NCBI GenBank assembly: GCA_028826165.1
Contig: JAPDFW010000011.1
Location: forward strand, 186,001-250,000
Reading direction: 5' to 3'
Length of the DNA: 64,000 nucleotides
DNA from: Anaeramoeba ignava BMAN
Lineage: Eukaryota; Protista; Anaeramoebae
The position numbers and the translations under genes were made by a program. Positions 1 to 13,654 of the stretch are shown piece by piece. The first letter of the stretch is position 1; each line of letters begins with the position of its first letter. Below the pieces are notes generated by a model. It was not told where the DNA came from and ran no database searches. It saw only the letters and a list, made by a program, of their open reading frames with translations.

Positions 1-46
1 ATAAACTAAAAACAAAACAAAACAAAACAAAACAAAACAAAACAAG

Positions 47-243
47 AAAAAATGAAATGAAAAATTGGATTTTGGAAATTTCAACTCAATCAGGATCAAA
101 TAAAAATTCTTTTAGTCAATTTATTGGAATTGGATTTTGGTTTACAAAAGAAAAGAAAAAAAATGGAATTTTATTTGGAAATACAAATAATTTTGAAGGA
201 ATTGGTATTCTTTTATCAGTATTTGATTTTATTTTCAGAAAAC

Positions 244-274
<31 letters not shown>

Positions 275-1442
275 AGAGAAAGAAAATGTTTATTTTTGAT
301 ATAATTTCATATTACTTTATTGTATTAGGAAAAAATTGAAGTTATTTATCAATATAATTCAAATGACAATCTAAAACAAAAAACTATTTTACAATTTCCA
401 ATTTCTTATTTTGGTTTGAAAGAAATTACTAAATTAAGAGTTATTTATATTGATAATAAGTTGATTGTATTTCATTTCTTTTCCAAAAATCAAACCAAAT
501 TTTATTAATTTTTTTTTTTGGAAAAAATAATAATTAAAGGTTCAACTTGATTTAAAATCAATAGGAGTATGGAATTTAATTGGAACAGAATCTATTGATT
601 TACCAACAGATTATTTCTTTGGAATTACATCTTCACATTTTGAATCAGAAAGTTATTTTTTTAAAGAATGAAAAAAAAATATTTTAACAAAATCAATTAA
701 TTTAACAATTTATTTTTGTTTTAAAATGAAATGGAACTTTTCAATAACAATATTTTAGTCTATCATTATATTTATTCTTTTAAAATTTATGAAATTCCAG
801 ATTCTAAATCAAGAAATATCATTTCTTTAAGGAATGAAAAAGAAAAACAACAAAAAAGAGTTGAATCTTATAAATTTCAAGCTAGTTTAGATTTATTAAA
901 AAAATTAGAAAATAATTTTGAAGATGGAGAAAAAGAAGAAGAGGAAGTTTTAATAATTGAAAGATTGATGAAAAAATATTCCATAGATTTATTCGCAGAG
1001 AAAATTGTTAATTTGATTGAGGAAATTATTAAAATTGATTTGTAAAAATTTTATAATATTTATTTTTAATATTTTAATTTAATATTTATTTTAATTTAAA
1101 AGAGAAGCAAAAAAAAATTATCAAAAAACGAAAAATTTGGAAATTACATATTCAAGAATCCAAAATTCATTTTTAGAACAAGTAAATCTAAATATAAAAT
1201 ATATTGAACAAGCAACTACAGATGTAATAGATCAAGTAAAAGATATTCGAAAATCTTCTGAATTTCTTAATAATAGATTTGACCAAATAATTTTTCAAAG
1301 ACAAACTAAACAAAATTTAATTGCAATTAATAAGAAAAGTTCTTCATATTTTTGGGTTTTTTTTATTATTTTTGAAATTGTCTTCTTTATTTTTATTTTA
1401 AATTGGGCAACAATCCAAAGAAATATTTACAAACTTTTTTAA
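47..1442 (+). CDS. ERGIC-53/Emp47/VIP36-type L-type lectin-fold cargo receptor, 5'-partial; exons 47-218, 329-466, 540-651, 759-1041, 1103-1442
   Basis: GT-AG splicing keeps frame: NWILEIS..GIGFWFT..GILFG..FEGIGILL..KLRVIYIDNKLIVQLD..W....IDLPTDYFFGITSS (legume-like lectin fold), coiled-coil stalk, C-terminal TM (YFWVFFIIFEIVFFIFILNW) and short tail ending KLF. Confidence 0.75.
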
Positions 1443-1609
1443 TTTAAAATAATAAAATTAAAACAAAATAATTTTTCATTTTTTTTCTTTTTCATTTTTT
1501 TTTAATTTTTCTTTTTAATTTTTTTTTTTAATTTTGATTGTGATATTTTCTTTCTTTTTTAAAATTTTTTTTTAATCAATAAATATCAAAAAAAAAACAA
1601 TTACAAAAA

Positions 1610-4600
1610 ATGTTTCGAAAAAAAAAGAAAAGACCAAATTTTGCAATTACAATTGAAATACCAAGTCAAAAAGATGATGTACAAATGTAAAAAGAAAAAA
1701 ACACATTTAAACAACATTTTCAACAATTTAATTCTTACTTTAAATTTAATAAAATTAAATATAAAATTAAATATAAAATTATTTATAAAATTAAATATAA
1801 AATTATTTATAAAATTATTTATTAAATTATTTATAAAATTATTTATAAAATTATTTATAAAATTATTTATAAAATTATTTATAAAATTATTTATAAAATT
1901 ATTTATAAAATTATTTATAAAATTAATTATAAAATTATTTATAAAATTAAATATAAAATTATTTATAAAATTACTTATAAAAAATTATTTATAAAATTAA
2001 ATATAAAATTAAATATAAAATTATTTTATAAAATTATTTATAAAATTATTTATAAAATTATTTATAAAATTATTTATAAAATTATTTATAAAATTATTTA
2101 TAAAATTATTTATAAAATTATTTATAAAATTATTTATAAAATTATTTATAAAATTATTTATAAAATTATTTATAAAATTATTTATAAAATTAATTATAAA
2201 ATTATTTATAAAATTAATTATAAAATTATTTATAAAAATTAAATATAAAATTATTTATAAAATTAAAATATAAAATTATATATAAAATTAATTATAAAAT
2301 TAAAAATATAAAATTAAATATAAAATTAAATATAAAATTAAATATAAAATTAAATATAAAATTAATTATAAAATTATTTATAAAATTTAAATATAAAATT
2401 AATTATAAAATTATTTATTAAATTATTTATAAAATTATTTATAAAATTATTTATTAAATTATTTATAAAATTATTTATAAAATTTATTTATAAAATTATT
2501 TATAAAATTATTTATAAAATTATTTATAAAATTATTTATAAAATTTATTTATAAAATTATTTATAAAATTATTTATAAATTTATTTTATAAATTTATTTA
2601 TTAAATTATTTATAAAATTAAATATAAAATTATTTATAAAATTATTTATAAAATTATTTATAAAATTATTTATAAAATTATTTATAAAATTATTTATTAA
2701 ATTAAATATAAAATTATTTATAAAATTAAATATAAAATTATTTATAAAATTAAATATAAAATTATTTATAAAATTAATTATAAAATTAATTATAAAATTA
2801 TTTATAAAATTAATTATAAAATTAATTATAAAATTATTTATAAAATTATTTATAAAATTATTTATAAAATTATTAATAAAATTATTATTAAAATTATAAA
2901 AGAACTGATACTGGAACAATTAATTATGGTGATTTAAAAATAAATAAGCAAGGATTACAAATATTAAGTAAAGCTATAGAAACACAAACACAAGAATTTA
3001 GTCAAATTTCACCCTCTCAGAAAAGTCCACAATTTGCAGTTTTAGAAGAAGCAAAAAACAAAGAGAAAACAAATAAAAACAAAAACAAAAACAAAAACAA
3101 AAACAAAAACAAAAACAAAAACGAAAAGGAAAAAAATAAAACGGAAAATGATCAAAAAGAAATACCAGTTCTACTGAAGGATCTTGAAGTGATAAGACAA
3201 CTTGGAAGTGGAGCAGGAGGTCAGGTTGAAGAAGTATTACATGTTCCAACTCAAACAACTTTTGCATTAAAAACAATCAAATTTGATACATCGGATTTAA
3301 TGAGCAAGCAAATTCTCAATGAAATTCGAACCTGTTTCTCGGCAAAATCACCTTATATTGTTGGTTCCTATTCCGCTTTCTTTGTCGAGGGACATATTCA
3401 TATTGTTCTTGAATATATGGATGCAACACTTGCTGATGCAATTAAAAAATTAGGAAAAATTCCTGAAAAAATAATTGGAAAAATTGCTTTTCAAGTTCTT
3501 AAAGGATTGAATTATCTTCATAAACAACATCATCTAATTCACAGGGATATCAAGCCTTCCAATTTACTTCTCAGTCGGAAGGGCATCTGTAAGATATCTG
3601 ACTTTGGTGTCAGTAGTCAACAACTTGATAATTCACTTTATCAAGCAAAAACTTGGGTTGGAACTGTTACTTATATGTCTCCAGAGAGAATTCAAGGTTT
3701 TCCTTACTCTTTTAATAGTGATATTTATTCTTTAGGTCTTACTTTGTTTGAATGTTGCACTGGAAAATATCCTTATTCTATTGATTCAAAAGATTCACCT
3801 AAATTTCAAAAAAATCAAATTAGTGAAATGGGTGATTAATAATTAAATCAAATTAAATTAAATCAAATCAAATTAAATTAAATCAAATCAAATTAAATCA
3901 AATCAAAATTAAATCAAATTCAAATTAAATTAAATTAAATTCAAATTAAATTAAATCTAAATCAAATCAAATCAAATTTAATTAAATTAAATCAAATCAA
4001 ATTTAAATTAAATTAAATTAAATTAAATCAAATCTAAATTAAATTAAATTAAATTAAATTAAATTTAAATTAAATATTCAAATTAAATTAAATTAAATTA
4101 AATTAAATTAAATTAAATTAAATTAAATTAAATCAAATTTAAATTAAATTCAAATCAAATTTAAATTAAATTAAATTTAAATCAAATCAAATCAAATATT
4201 TAAATTAAATCAAATTTTAAATTAAATTAAATTAAATCAAATCAAATTTAAATCTAAATTTAAATTAAATCAAATCAAATCAAATCAAATTAAATCAAAT
4301 CAAATTAAATCAAATCCAAATCAAATCAAATCAAAATTAAATTAAATTAAATCAAATTAAATTAAATTAAATCAAATCAAAATTAAATTAAATCAAATCA
4401 AAATTAAATTAAATTAAATTAAATTTAAATCTAAATTAAATTAAATTAAATTAAATTAAATTAAATTAAATTCCAAATTAAATTAAATTAAAAAATTAAA
4501 TTAAATTAAATTAAATTAAATCAAATCAAAATTAAATCAAAATTAAATTAAATTTAAATTAAATTAAATCAAATTAAATTAAATTAAATCAAATATTCAA

Positions 4601-5885
4601 ATTAAATCCAAATTAAATTTAAATTAAATTAAATTAAATTTAAATCAAAATTAAATCAAAATTAAATCAAATCAAAATTCAAATCAAAATTAAATCAAAT
4701 TAAATCAAATTAAATTAAATTAAATTTAAATCAAATTAAATTAAATTAAATTAAATTAAATCAAATTAAATTAAATTCAAATCAAATTAAATTAAATTAA
4801 ATTAAATTAAATTAAATCAAATTAAATTAAATTAAATTCAAATTAAATTAAATTAAATTAAATTAAATTAAATCTAAATCAAATTAAATTAAATTAAATT
4901 AAATTAAATCAAATTAAATTAAATTAAATTCAAATTAAATTAAATTAAATTAAATTAAATTAAATCAAATTAAATCAAATTAAATTAAATTAAATTAAAT
5001 TAAATTAAATTAAATTAAATTAAATTAAATTAAATTAAATTAAATCAAATCAAATCAAATCAAATCAAATCAAATTAAATTAAATTAAATTAAATCAAAT
5101 TAAATTAAATTAAATTAAATCTAAATTCAAATTAAATCCAAATTAAATTAAAATTAAATTAAATCAAATCAAAATCAAATCAAATTAAATTAAATTTAAA
5201 TCAAATCAAATTAAATAAAATCAAATCAAATTAAATCAAATTAAATTAAATTAAATATTCAAATTAAATTAAATTAAATTAAATTAAAACTAAATTAAAT
5301 TTAAATTAAATTAAAACTAAATCAAATTCAAATTCAAATTAAATTAAATCTAAATCAAATCAAATCAAATCAAATTAAATTAAATTCAATCAAATTAAAT
5401 TAAATTAAATATTCAAATTAAATCCAAATTAAATTAAATTAAATCCAAATTAAATCTAAATCAAATATTTAAATTAAATCAAATTAAATCAATTTAAATT
5501 AAATTAAATTAAAATTAAATCAAATTAAATTCAAATCAAATTAAATTAAATTAAATTAAATTAAATTAAATTAAATTCAAATCAAATTAAATTAAATTAA
5601 ATTAAATTAAATTTAAATATTTAAATTTAAATCGTTTTATTAGATAAACCAAAACAAACAAATACTTTCTGGGATTTAATGAATAATATCGTTGAAAAAC
5701 CTTCTCCAAAATTAGATCCAAAAAAATTTTCAAAAGAATTTTGTGATTTTATTGATGAATGTCTTCAAAAAGATCCAAATTCTAGACCAACTTCTTCAGA
5801 TCTTTTATTACATCCTTTTGTAAAAAAGCATGAATCCCTTGAAAAAGATACAACATTAAGAAATTGGATCAAAAAACTTAAATGA
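1610..5885 (+). CDS. MAP kinase kinase (STE7/MEK family), 415 aa; exons 1610-1686, 2903-3831, 5644-5885
   Basis: Basic D-site-like N-terminus MFRKKKKRPNFAITI; GSGAGG, FALK, HRDIKPSN, DFG, VGTVTYMSPERI (MAP2K signature), FWDLMNNIV..P.P..FS.EFCDFI..CLQKDP..RP. Exon phases sum to a multiple of 3. Confidence 0.93.
1745..2885. repeat. 12-bp tandem array (ATAAAATTATTT)n filling MAP2K intron 1
   Basis: Directly visible; gives the spurious KLFI/NFIN ORFs. Confidence 0.95.
3840..5620. repeat. 5-bp satellite (AAATT/AAATC)n filling MAP2K intron 2
   Basis: About 1.8 kb of pentamers, essentially G-free on the sense strand. Confidence 0.95.
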
Positions 5886-6095
5886 AAAATTTATTTTTCT
5901 TTTTTAGAATAATAATGATTACTTAATTCAAAAACAAAAAATTATCAAATTTTTTTTTATTAAAATTTCAGTTAATAAAATGAAAGGGTTTAATAATAAA
6001 AATAATTATAAAATTTTATATTGAATTTATATTGAATTTAAACATTTATTATTTTTTATTAAAAAAAAAGAGAAAAAACTTCTTTTCTTCTTTCA

Positions 6096-9000
6096 TTAAT
6101 TCTTCTTGAAATTTTCTTGTAAATTTAAAACAGCTTTAAAATCAATCTTGATTCCACATTTTTCTTGTAAACTATTTAACAAATTTATTGTTGAAACCAT
6201 TTCTTGATTAATTTTATCTCTTTTACTTTTTGGAAAAACTGAAATATCAATTTTAGAAAAACATTTAGTAAATTCTTGAACAAAAAAAGCTTGAATTTGC
6301 TTGAAAACCTCTTTCAATTCATGTTCGAAAATAATCTTATTCAAACTGTTATATAACTTGAGAGTATCTTGAGAAAGTGAATCAAAAAAAACTTGTTGAG
6401 TTTCTACTACTAAAGGTTTCTTTTTTGGTGATTTATCTTTTTTGGATGGATTTGAAACAGGGAAAAAATAATCATTAAAAATATCAATTTGTCTTTGTAG
6501 TTTTTTTGTGATCATTGATTTGAGTTTCTCAAAAATTTCGTGCTTGTGATTCTGCACATCTTCAAATACTTTATCAAATCCTGATACTAAATTTTGATCA
6601 TTTTTTGAGAAAATATGAACAAATATACTCTTCAATTTTGTGCTCAATTCCATTATTAAATTCAATGATTGTGAAGCAAGTGCTAAATTTCTTGTTGTGA
6701 TTCTCTTCAATCCTGCAACATGAATTGCTCCTGCTCCAAGCACTAATTGGCATATTTTTGAATTGAAAAGATTCAAAATGGAAATGATTTGATGCATGAT
6801 TTCTTGTCGTGCAAATTTTGGGAATATTCTTGCAAAATCGATATAATCTTCTATCACTTTCAAAAGCATCAATAAACTCCCAACAACATAAATTCTTTTT
6901 TCTTTTGATTCGTCTACAATTAAATAATTTACTGTTCGTATTTTCTTTTCTTGATCCTGTTCATCATTATTATTATTATTTTCATTATTTTCATTGTTTT
7001 CATTATTATTTCCATTTTTCCAATATTCATGACTTTTCTCCGAAGAAATGGAAATTTTATCAAATATTTCTTGAAATTCAAATGAAACTCGTTGCTTTTT
7101 CCAACTTTCATTATTCAATATTTCTTCCAAATGCGCTGATTTGTTTTGATGTAACGATCCTAAAAAATCCTTCATCAAATCAACAAACTCTAGTTTTAAT
7201 TGAGTAAATTTAGATTTGGCAAGTTCCTGAATAATTTTCACAAAGTTTTTCGTTTCTTTATAAATTTGTATAATCTCTTTTGATGTTTGGCTAAGAAGCG
7301 CAGAGTTGTATTTTTGTGTGATGTTTTCTTTCCAAATATGAATGATTTTTTTCATCTTATTTTGTGCAATTTCACAAGCTCTTTTGATCGTATTCTTTGA
7401 ATCCTTTTTTGTTTGCTCAATCAAATGCTGTGGAATGGATTGCACATTCGCAATATTTTTTTGCTTTTCTTGATCCAAATATTCTTCCCAAATTTCTTTT
7501 GCTTTCATGATTTTTTTTTCTTTAATTTGAGCTTTCTCTTGTTTTTCTTCCAAAGATTGCGGTATTTTCTGCAAAATTATCTCCAAATCTTTATCAATTT
7601 CGACGGAGTTTTGAATAACTTTAATAATTTCATAATAAATTTTCTTTAAAGCAACACGGAATTCTTTTGGATGAATTTTGCTGATTTTTTCTTTTCTTTC
7701 ATCATTAATTATATATGAATTGTCAGTCAACAAGGATTGCTTATCGCTAAACAATCTTTCTGGATGACTAATTAACTTTCCAAACTCCATTTTGATTGAT
7801 TTTTCTGGGAATAGCAAATGTTCCAACTCAAAATTAATTGTGACTTCAATTTTTTTGCCAAGTAATTGGCTATAATTAAAAAAAGAATCCTCAACACATT
7901 CCATTATAATCATGCTTTGAATGATTTTTTCTAGACGATCATCAGGATTTTTTTCATTAGTTTGATTTTGATAATTTTCATCTTCCAGACTTTCATTAAA
8001 ACAAATTTCAGAAAATCGAATTATTAGCAAATCTTTCATTTTGGTTTTTTCTTCTTCAATTTTCTTCTTCATTGTTTTTACACAATCCAATCCCTTCAAT
8101 TCTCTATTAAAAAGAGCATTTGAAGCTGCTATTTGAGCAAGAGCATTGATAAAATCTTTTTTGAGTATAAATTGGTTGATCATAATAATTGATTCCTGAG
8201 CACATTTTAAAAGCTCAGAAATTTTCAATAATTTTAATATATTTGATTGTTGCGTCTTGTATTTAATCACAGTTAATGGGTCTTCAACTGATTTTTCATC
8301 AAGTTTATGTAGATTGATTCTTGTTGAACTGATTTGATTTAGTGATATTCCCACTGTTTGTTTTAAATTTGATAAATCAACCATTGATGTGAATATTGAG
8401 TTTGTTTTACTGGAAACTTCATATAAAAGTTTTTTTTCAACAAGACTAAGAAATCCATCCTAAATTTATATTTATATATAAAATAATAATAATAATTTCA
8501 AGAAAAATGGAAATTTGAATGAAAATTATTGAGTTGAAAAAAATTCTTTTCTTTTTTATACTTGTTTTTCAAGAACTTTTTGTAAATTTTCGGATTGAGG
8601 ATAAATAGTTTCAAATAAATCATTGTTTGAAAGGTCGAATTTGTCAGAAAAATAAATTTGAGGAACAATTTGATGAATATATTCAATTGTAATTGAAGAA
8701 GGATCATCCAAATTTATATTATTGTTATTATTATTATTATTATTTTCATTATTTTGAATATTTTTTGGAATTTCATTTCTTTCTTTTCGTTTTTCTTCTG
8801 ATAATTTTTTCCTTTTTTGATTTTGTTGAAATATTCGGTCTAATTGTTTCATTTCTTGGAAATGAGTTTTCAATCTTAAATTTAAAGATTTTTCATATTT
8901 TTCTGATATTTTAGGGAAAATTGTCATATAATTTGGTGCTTCAATTACTTTTCCTAACATCCAATGATTTAAATTTGACTAAAAACATTTTACATATTAA

Positions 9001-9242
9001 TATTTATTTAAATATTTATATTTATATTATTTATTATTATTTATATTTATTATTATTTATCAAACCTGTTTTGGATCATTTAAAATTGAAACAAAATTTT
9101 GTCCTTGATTAAAATCATGAATTTTTTTTGAAACAATTTGATTTAAATTTTCTTCATTTTTTGAATTTTGTTTTTTTTTTTGTTTTTGTTTCTTTTGTTG
9201 TTTCTTTTGTTGTTTTGAATTTGTTTTTTGATTAACACTCAT
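6096..9242 (-). CDS. VPS54: GARP complex subunit Vps54, 985 aa; exons 9242-9066, 8978-8562, 8459-6096
   Basis: QNFVSILNDP, LSLVEKKLLYEVSSKTNSIF, LEEILNNESWK, VVGSLLMLL, and the Vps54 signature LFNSKICQLVLGAGAIHVAGLKRITTRNLALASQSL; GT-AG introns in phase. Confidence 0.92.
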
Positions 9243-9332
9243 TTTAATCAATTAAAGAAAAAGAAAAAGAAAAAGAAAAAAAATGAATTTTTTCAAGTTA
9301 AATGAAAAAAAATTTTTTTTATTGTATTTTAT

Positions 9333-12300
9333 TCATTTTTTTCTTTTTGTTTTATTTTTTGATTTATGTTTTTTTGGATTTTTTCTTGATTTTTTCTTTT
9401 CTTTTTTAGATTTAGATTTAGATTTAGATTTAGATTTTGATTTTGATTCATTTTTTGATTTTGATTCATTTTTTGATTTTGATTTTCTTTTTTTCTTTCT
9501 TTTTTGAGATTTTGATTCACTTTCACTTTGATATTCACTTTCATATTCACTTTGATTTTGAATTTTATTTTGAATTTTATTTTGATTTATTTTTTCATTT
9601 TCACTTTGATATTCGCTTTGATATTCGCTTTGATATTCATTTTGATATTCACTTTGATATTCACTTTGATATTCACTTTGATATTCACTTTGATATTCAC
9701 TTTGATTTTGATTTTGATTTTGATTTTCAATTTCATTTTCATTTTCATTTTCAATTTCATCTGATTTTTTTAAATTTTTATTAGAAAACCAAATATGTTC
9801 AAGAGCTTTTTCTGGTGTTATTCGAGAATTTGGATCAACAACTAAAAATCTTTTAATTAAATCAATTCCTAAACAAAACAAATTTAAAATTTTTTAATTT
9901 GAATTTGAAAAACCAAATGATTTTTTTTGATTTTGAATTTGATTTTGATTTTGATTTTGGATTTTAATTTTAAAAAATTTTTAATTTTAAATTCAATTTT
10001 GAATTTGAATTTGAAAACAATTTTAAAATTTGATTTATTTTGATTTTGATTTTGAATTTGAATTTGAATTTGAATTTTGAATTTGAATTTGAATTTGATT
10101 TTGATTTTGATTTTGATTTTGATTTTGATTTTGATTTTGAATTTGATTTTGATTTTGAATTTGATTTTGATTTTGATTTTGATTTTGATTTTGATTTTGA
10201 TTTTGAATTTGAATTTGAATTTGATTTTGAATTTGATTTTGATTTTGATTTTGAATTTGATTTTGATTTTGATTTTGATTTTGATTTTGATTTAAATTCT
10301 TGTACCTTGTTGTGAAACATCTTTAAAATAATCAAAAGGAAAATTATAATCACCTTCAATAATTTGTTGATGTAAAGCTTTTTCTTCTCTTGTTTCAGTA
10401 AAAGGAATAATTCCGGATAATCTTTAAGAATTTAAGAAAATAAAAGAATAAATTTCTTAATTTAAAATAAAAGAATATAATTCATTTGAATAAATTTACA
10501 AAAAATATAATATAACACCACAAGACCATAAATCACATTCTTTTCCATAACCTCCAGAAACTTCATTTAGTAAAACTTCAGGTGCTAAAAATGCTCTTGT
10601 TCCTGCAATTGTTGATAATTCTCCACTTTCTGGTAATACTCTTGCAACTCCAAAATCTGTTACTTTAATTAAAGTTGTTGAATCTTTTGAAGCAAGTAAA
10701 ATATTTTCAGGCTTTTTTTTTGATTTGAAATTGAAATTAAAATTAAAATTAAAATTAAAATTGAATTTAAAATTAAAATTAAATTAAAATTGAATTTCTA
10801 AATCTACTTTTAAATCTCGATGAACTATTCCTTTTTCATGTAAATATTTTATAACTGATAAAAGTTGTTTAAGAATTTTTTTGGCATCTTCTTCAGAATA
10901 CTTTCCATTATGAGTTACTTGAGTATGTAAATCACCACCTCTTGCACTAATAATAACAACAATAATAAAAATAATACCAACAATAATAATAAAAATAAAA
11001 ATTTGTTTATCAGAAAACAAATCTAATTTATTTTTAAATATATATTTTTTACAGTTCTAAAACAATATATATATGAGTTTCTGTTTGAAAAAGATCTTTG
11101 AATGAAATAATATTTTCATGTTGAATTTTCTTTAGAACATCAACTTCAGTCATTAATTTTTCTTCATTATTTGATTGTCCCTTTTGAATTTAAATATTTA
11201 TTTTTGATTTGAAATATTTATTTAATTGGAATATTTATTTTTGATTTGGAATATTTATTTTTGAATTTGAATATTTATTATTGATTTGAAATATTTATTA
11301 TTTGATTTTAAATATTTATTTTTGGTTTTAAATATTTATTTTTGATTTTGAAATATTTATTTTTGATTTGGAATATTGATTTTTGATTTGAATATTTATT
11401 TTTGATTTTGAATATTTATTATTGATTTTAAATATTTATTTTTGATTTGAATATTGATTTTTGATTTTGAATATTTATTATTGATTTTAAATATTTATTT
11501 TTGATTTTAAATATTTAATTTTGATTTTAAATATTTAATTTTGATTTTAAATATTTAATTTTGATTTTAAATATTTAATTTTGATTTGGAATATTTATTT
11601 TTGATTTGGAATATTTATTTTTGATTTGGTTTAAATATTTATTATTGGATTAGAATATTTATTATTGATTTGGAATATTTATTATTGATTTTAAATATTT
11701 ATTATTGATTTTGAATATTTATATTTGAATTTTGAATATTGATTTTTGATTTTGAATATTTATATTTGATTTGGAATATTTATATTTGAATTTGAATATT
11801 TATTTTTGATTTGGAATATTGATTTTTGATTTGAAATATTTATTTTTGATTTGGAATATTTATTTTTGATTTTAGAATATTTATTATTGGATTTGGAATA
11901 TTGATTTTTGATTTGGAATATTTATTATTGATTTTAAATATTTATTTTTGAATTTGGAATATTTATTTTTGAATTTGGAATATTTATTATTGATTTGGAA
12001 TATTTATTTTTGATTTTAAATATTTATTTTTGATTTTAAATATTTATTATTGAATTTAAATATTTATTATTGATTTGGAATATTTATTATTGATTTTAAA
12101 TATTTATTTTTGATTTTGAATATTTATTTTTGAATTTTGAATATTTATTTTTGATTTGGAATATTTATTTTTAAATTTGGAATATTTATTTTTGATTTGG
12201 AATATTTATTTTTGAATATGTGTTGAATTTTTCAGTTTTAATACAGTTAATATAAATTTATTTTTATCAATAATTTTAATTGCATATTGTTTTCCTGTTG

Positions 12301-13352
12301 ATTTTTCTGTTCCTTCTTTTACTGTTGCAAATTGTCCACTGATATTTAGAGAATTATTAATTTAAAAAACAAAATTTATTATTCCAAAAAAAAAAGTGGA
12401 ATAAAAAATAATATTTTTTTTATTACATTCCAAGAATTTTATCTCTAATATCATAAAATTGATGAATTCCACTCTAAAATAAAATAAAATAATATAATAT
12501 AAAATAAAATAAAATAATATAATATAAAATAAAATAATATAATATAATATAAAGTTATTTCGAAAAAAATTTTTTAATTCAAATTTTTTAATTTACTTGT
12601 TCGATTGGTTTTTTTTTTTCAAGAAAATTACGAAAAGCATAAGTTACAACTAAAACATTATAATTTAAATTATTATTTCCATTTTTATTTTTAGAATATA
12701 AATTGAAATTATTTATTTAATACCTGGTGGAATATGAGAACCTGAAAAAGATCCAAGAGAAATCTGATCTGAATCATATAAAACTGTTTGTTGTCCTTTT
12801 TTTAGTTTCTATTAAAATTCATTTATAAAATTAAAATTAAAATTGAAATTCATTTATAAAATTGAAATTAAAATTCAAATTCATTTATAAAATTAAAATT
12901 AAAATTGAAATTCATTTATGAAATTAAAATTAAAATTGAAATTAAAGCTACATTATTATTAATAAATGTTCCATTTGTTGATGTATCTTTAATATAAATT
13001 AAAATATGATTTGGGTTGTTTGGTTCAGGTTTTTTAAAAATTGAACAATGATTTGTGCTAATTCTTCTATCAGTAAAAACACGAGAACAATTTAAATTTC
13101 TTCCAATAGTAACTTTAAAATAATTTTTATTAATAATATTATTATTAATAATAAGTTTGTTTTTTTTTGTGTTTTTTTGAAGAATTCTTTTAAAGAAAAA
13201 AATTTACTTGGTTCTTCTCCAATTAAATCAATAACTTCAAATGAACGATCATAAGGAATTAATTTCCCCCAAATTCCATTCATTTCATTTTGAGATTGTG
13301 AACTATTTAATCCATTATCATTTTCAATAAGTGTTTCTGCAATATCTGCCAT
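9333..13352 (-). CDS. FHA-domain CaMK-group Ser/Thr kinase (Chk2/Rad53/Dun1/Fhk-like), 571 aa, 11 exons: 13352-13208, 13112-12952, 12808-12724, 12649-12597, 12473-12427, 12338-12245, 11180-11053, 10946-10808, 10711-10500, 10421-10306, 9868-9333
   Basis: FHA motifs [19 protein letters not shown]; kinase [61 protein letters not shown]. All 10 introns are GT-AG and phase-consistent. Confidence 0.92.
11190..12215. repeat. ~20-bp minisatellite (TTTGATTTGGAATATTTATT-like) filling kinase intron 6
   Basis: Directly visible degenerate tandem units. Confidence 0.9.
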
Positions 13353-13654
13353 ATTTAAAAATAAAATATAATAAAGAAAATTAATAAAGAAAATTGGAAG
13401 AAAAAGAAGAAGAAAGAAAAATTGAAAAATGAAAAAATTTTTTTTTTATAATTTTTTATTTTGAAAAAAAGAAAATTTGAAAAGAGAAATTTGAAAAAGA
13501 AAAAAAAAGAAATTTCCAGTAAAAAAAATTTTCAAAAAGAAATTTGAAAAGGAAATTGGTTGTTTCAAAAAAAAAATTTTTGTTCCTCTTTTTGAAAAAA
13601 AAAAAACTGGAATTGTTTTGAAAAGAAAAAAGAAATTTTGAAAAGAAATTTGAA

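Noticed and set aside
1641-2919. KLFI/NFIN ORFs and similar ORFs at 9970-10359, 29286, 37543, 39754, 41034, 44281, 54295, 61260
   Set aside because: They lie within phase-verified introns or intergenic satellites.
3766-3775. ATATCCTTA, a U12-donor-like word in MAP2K
   Set aside because: Encodes the conserved GKYPY; the frame needs no intron here.
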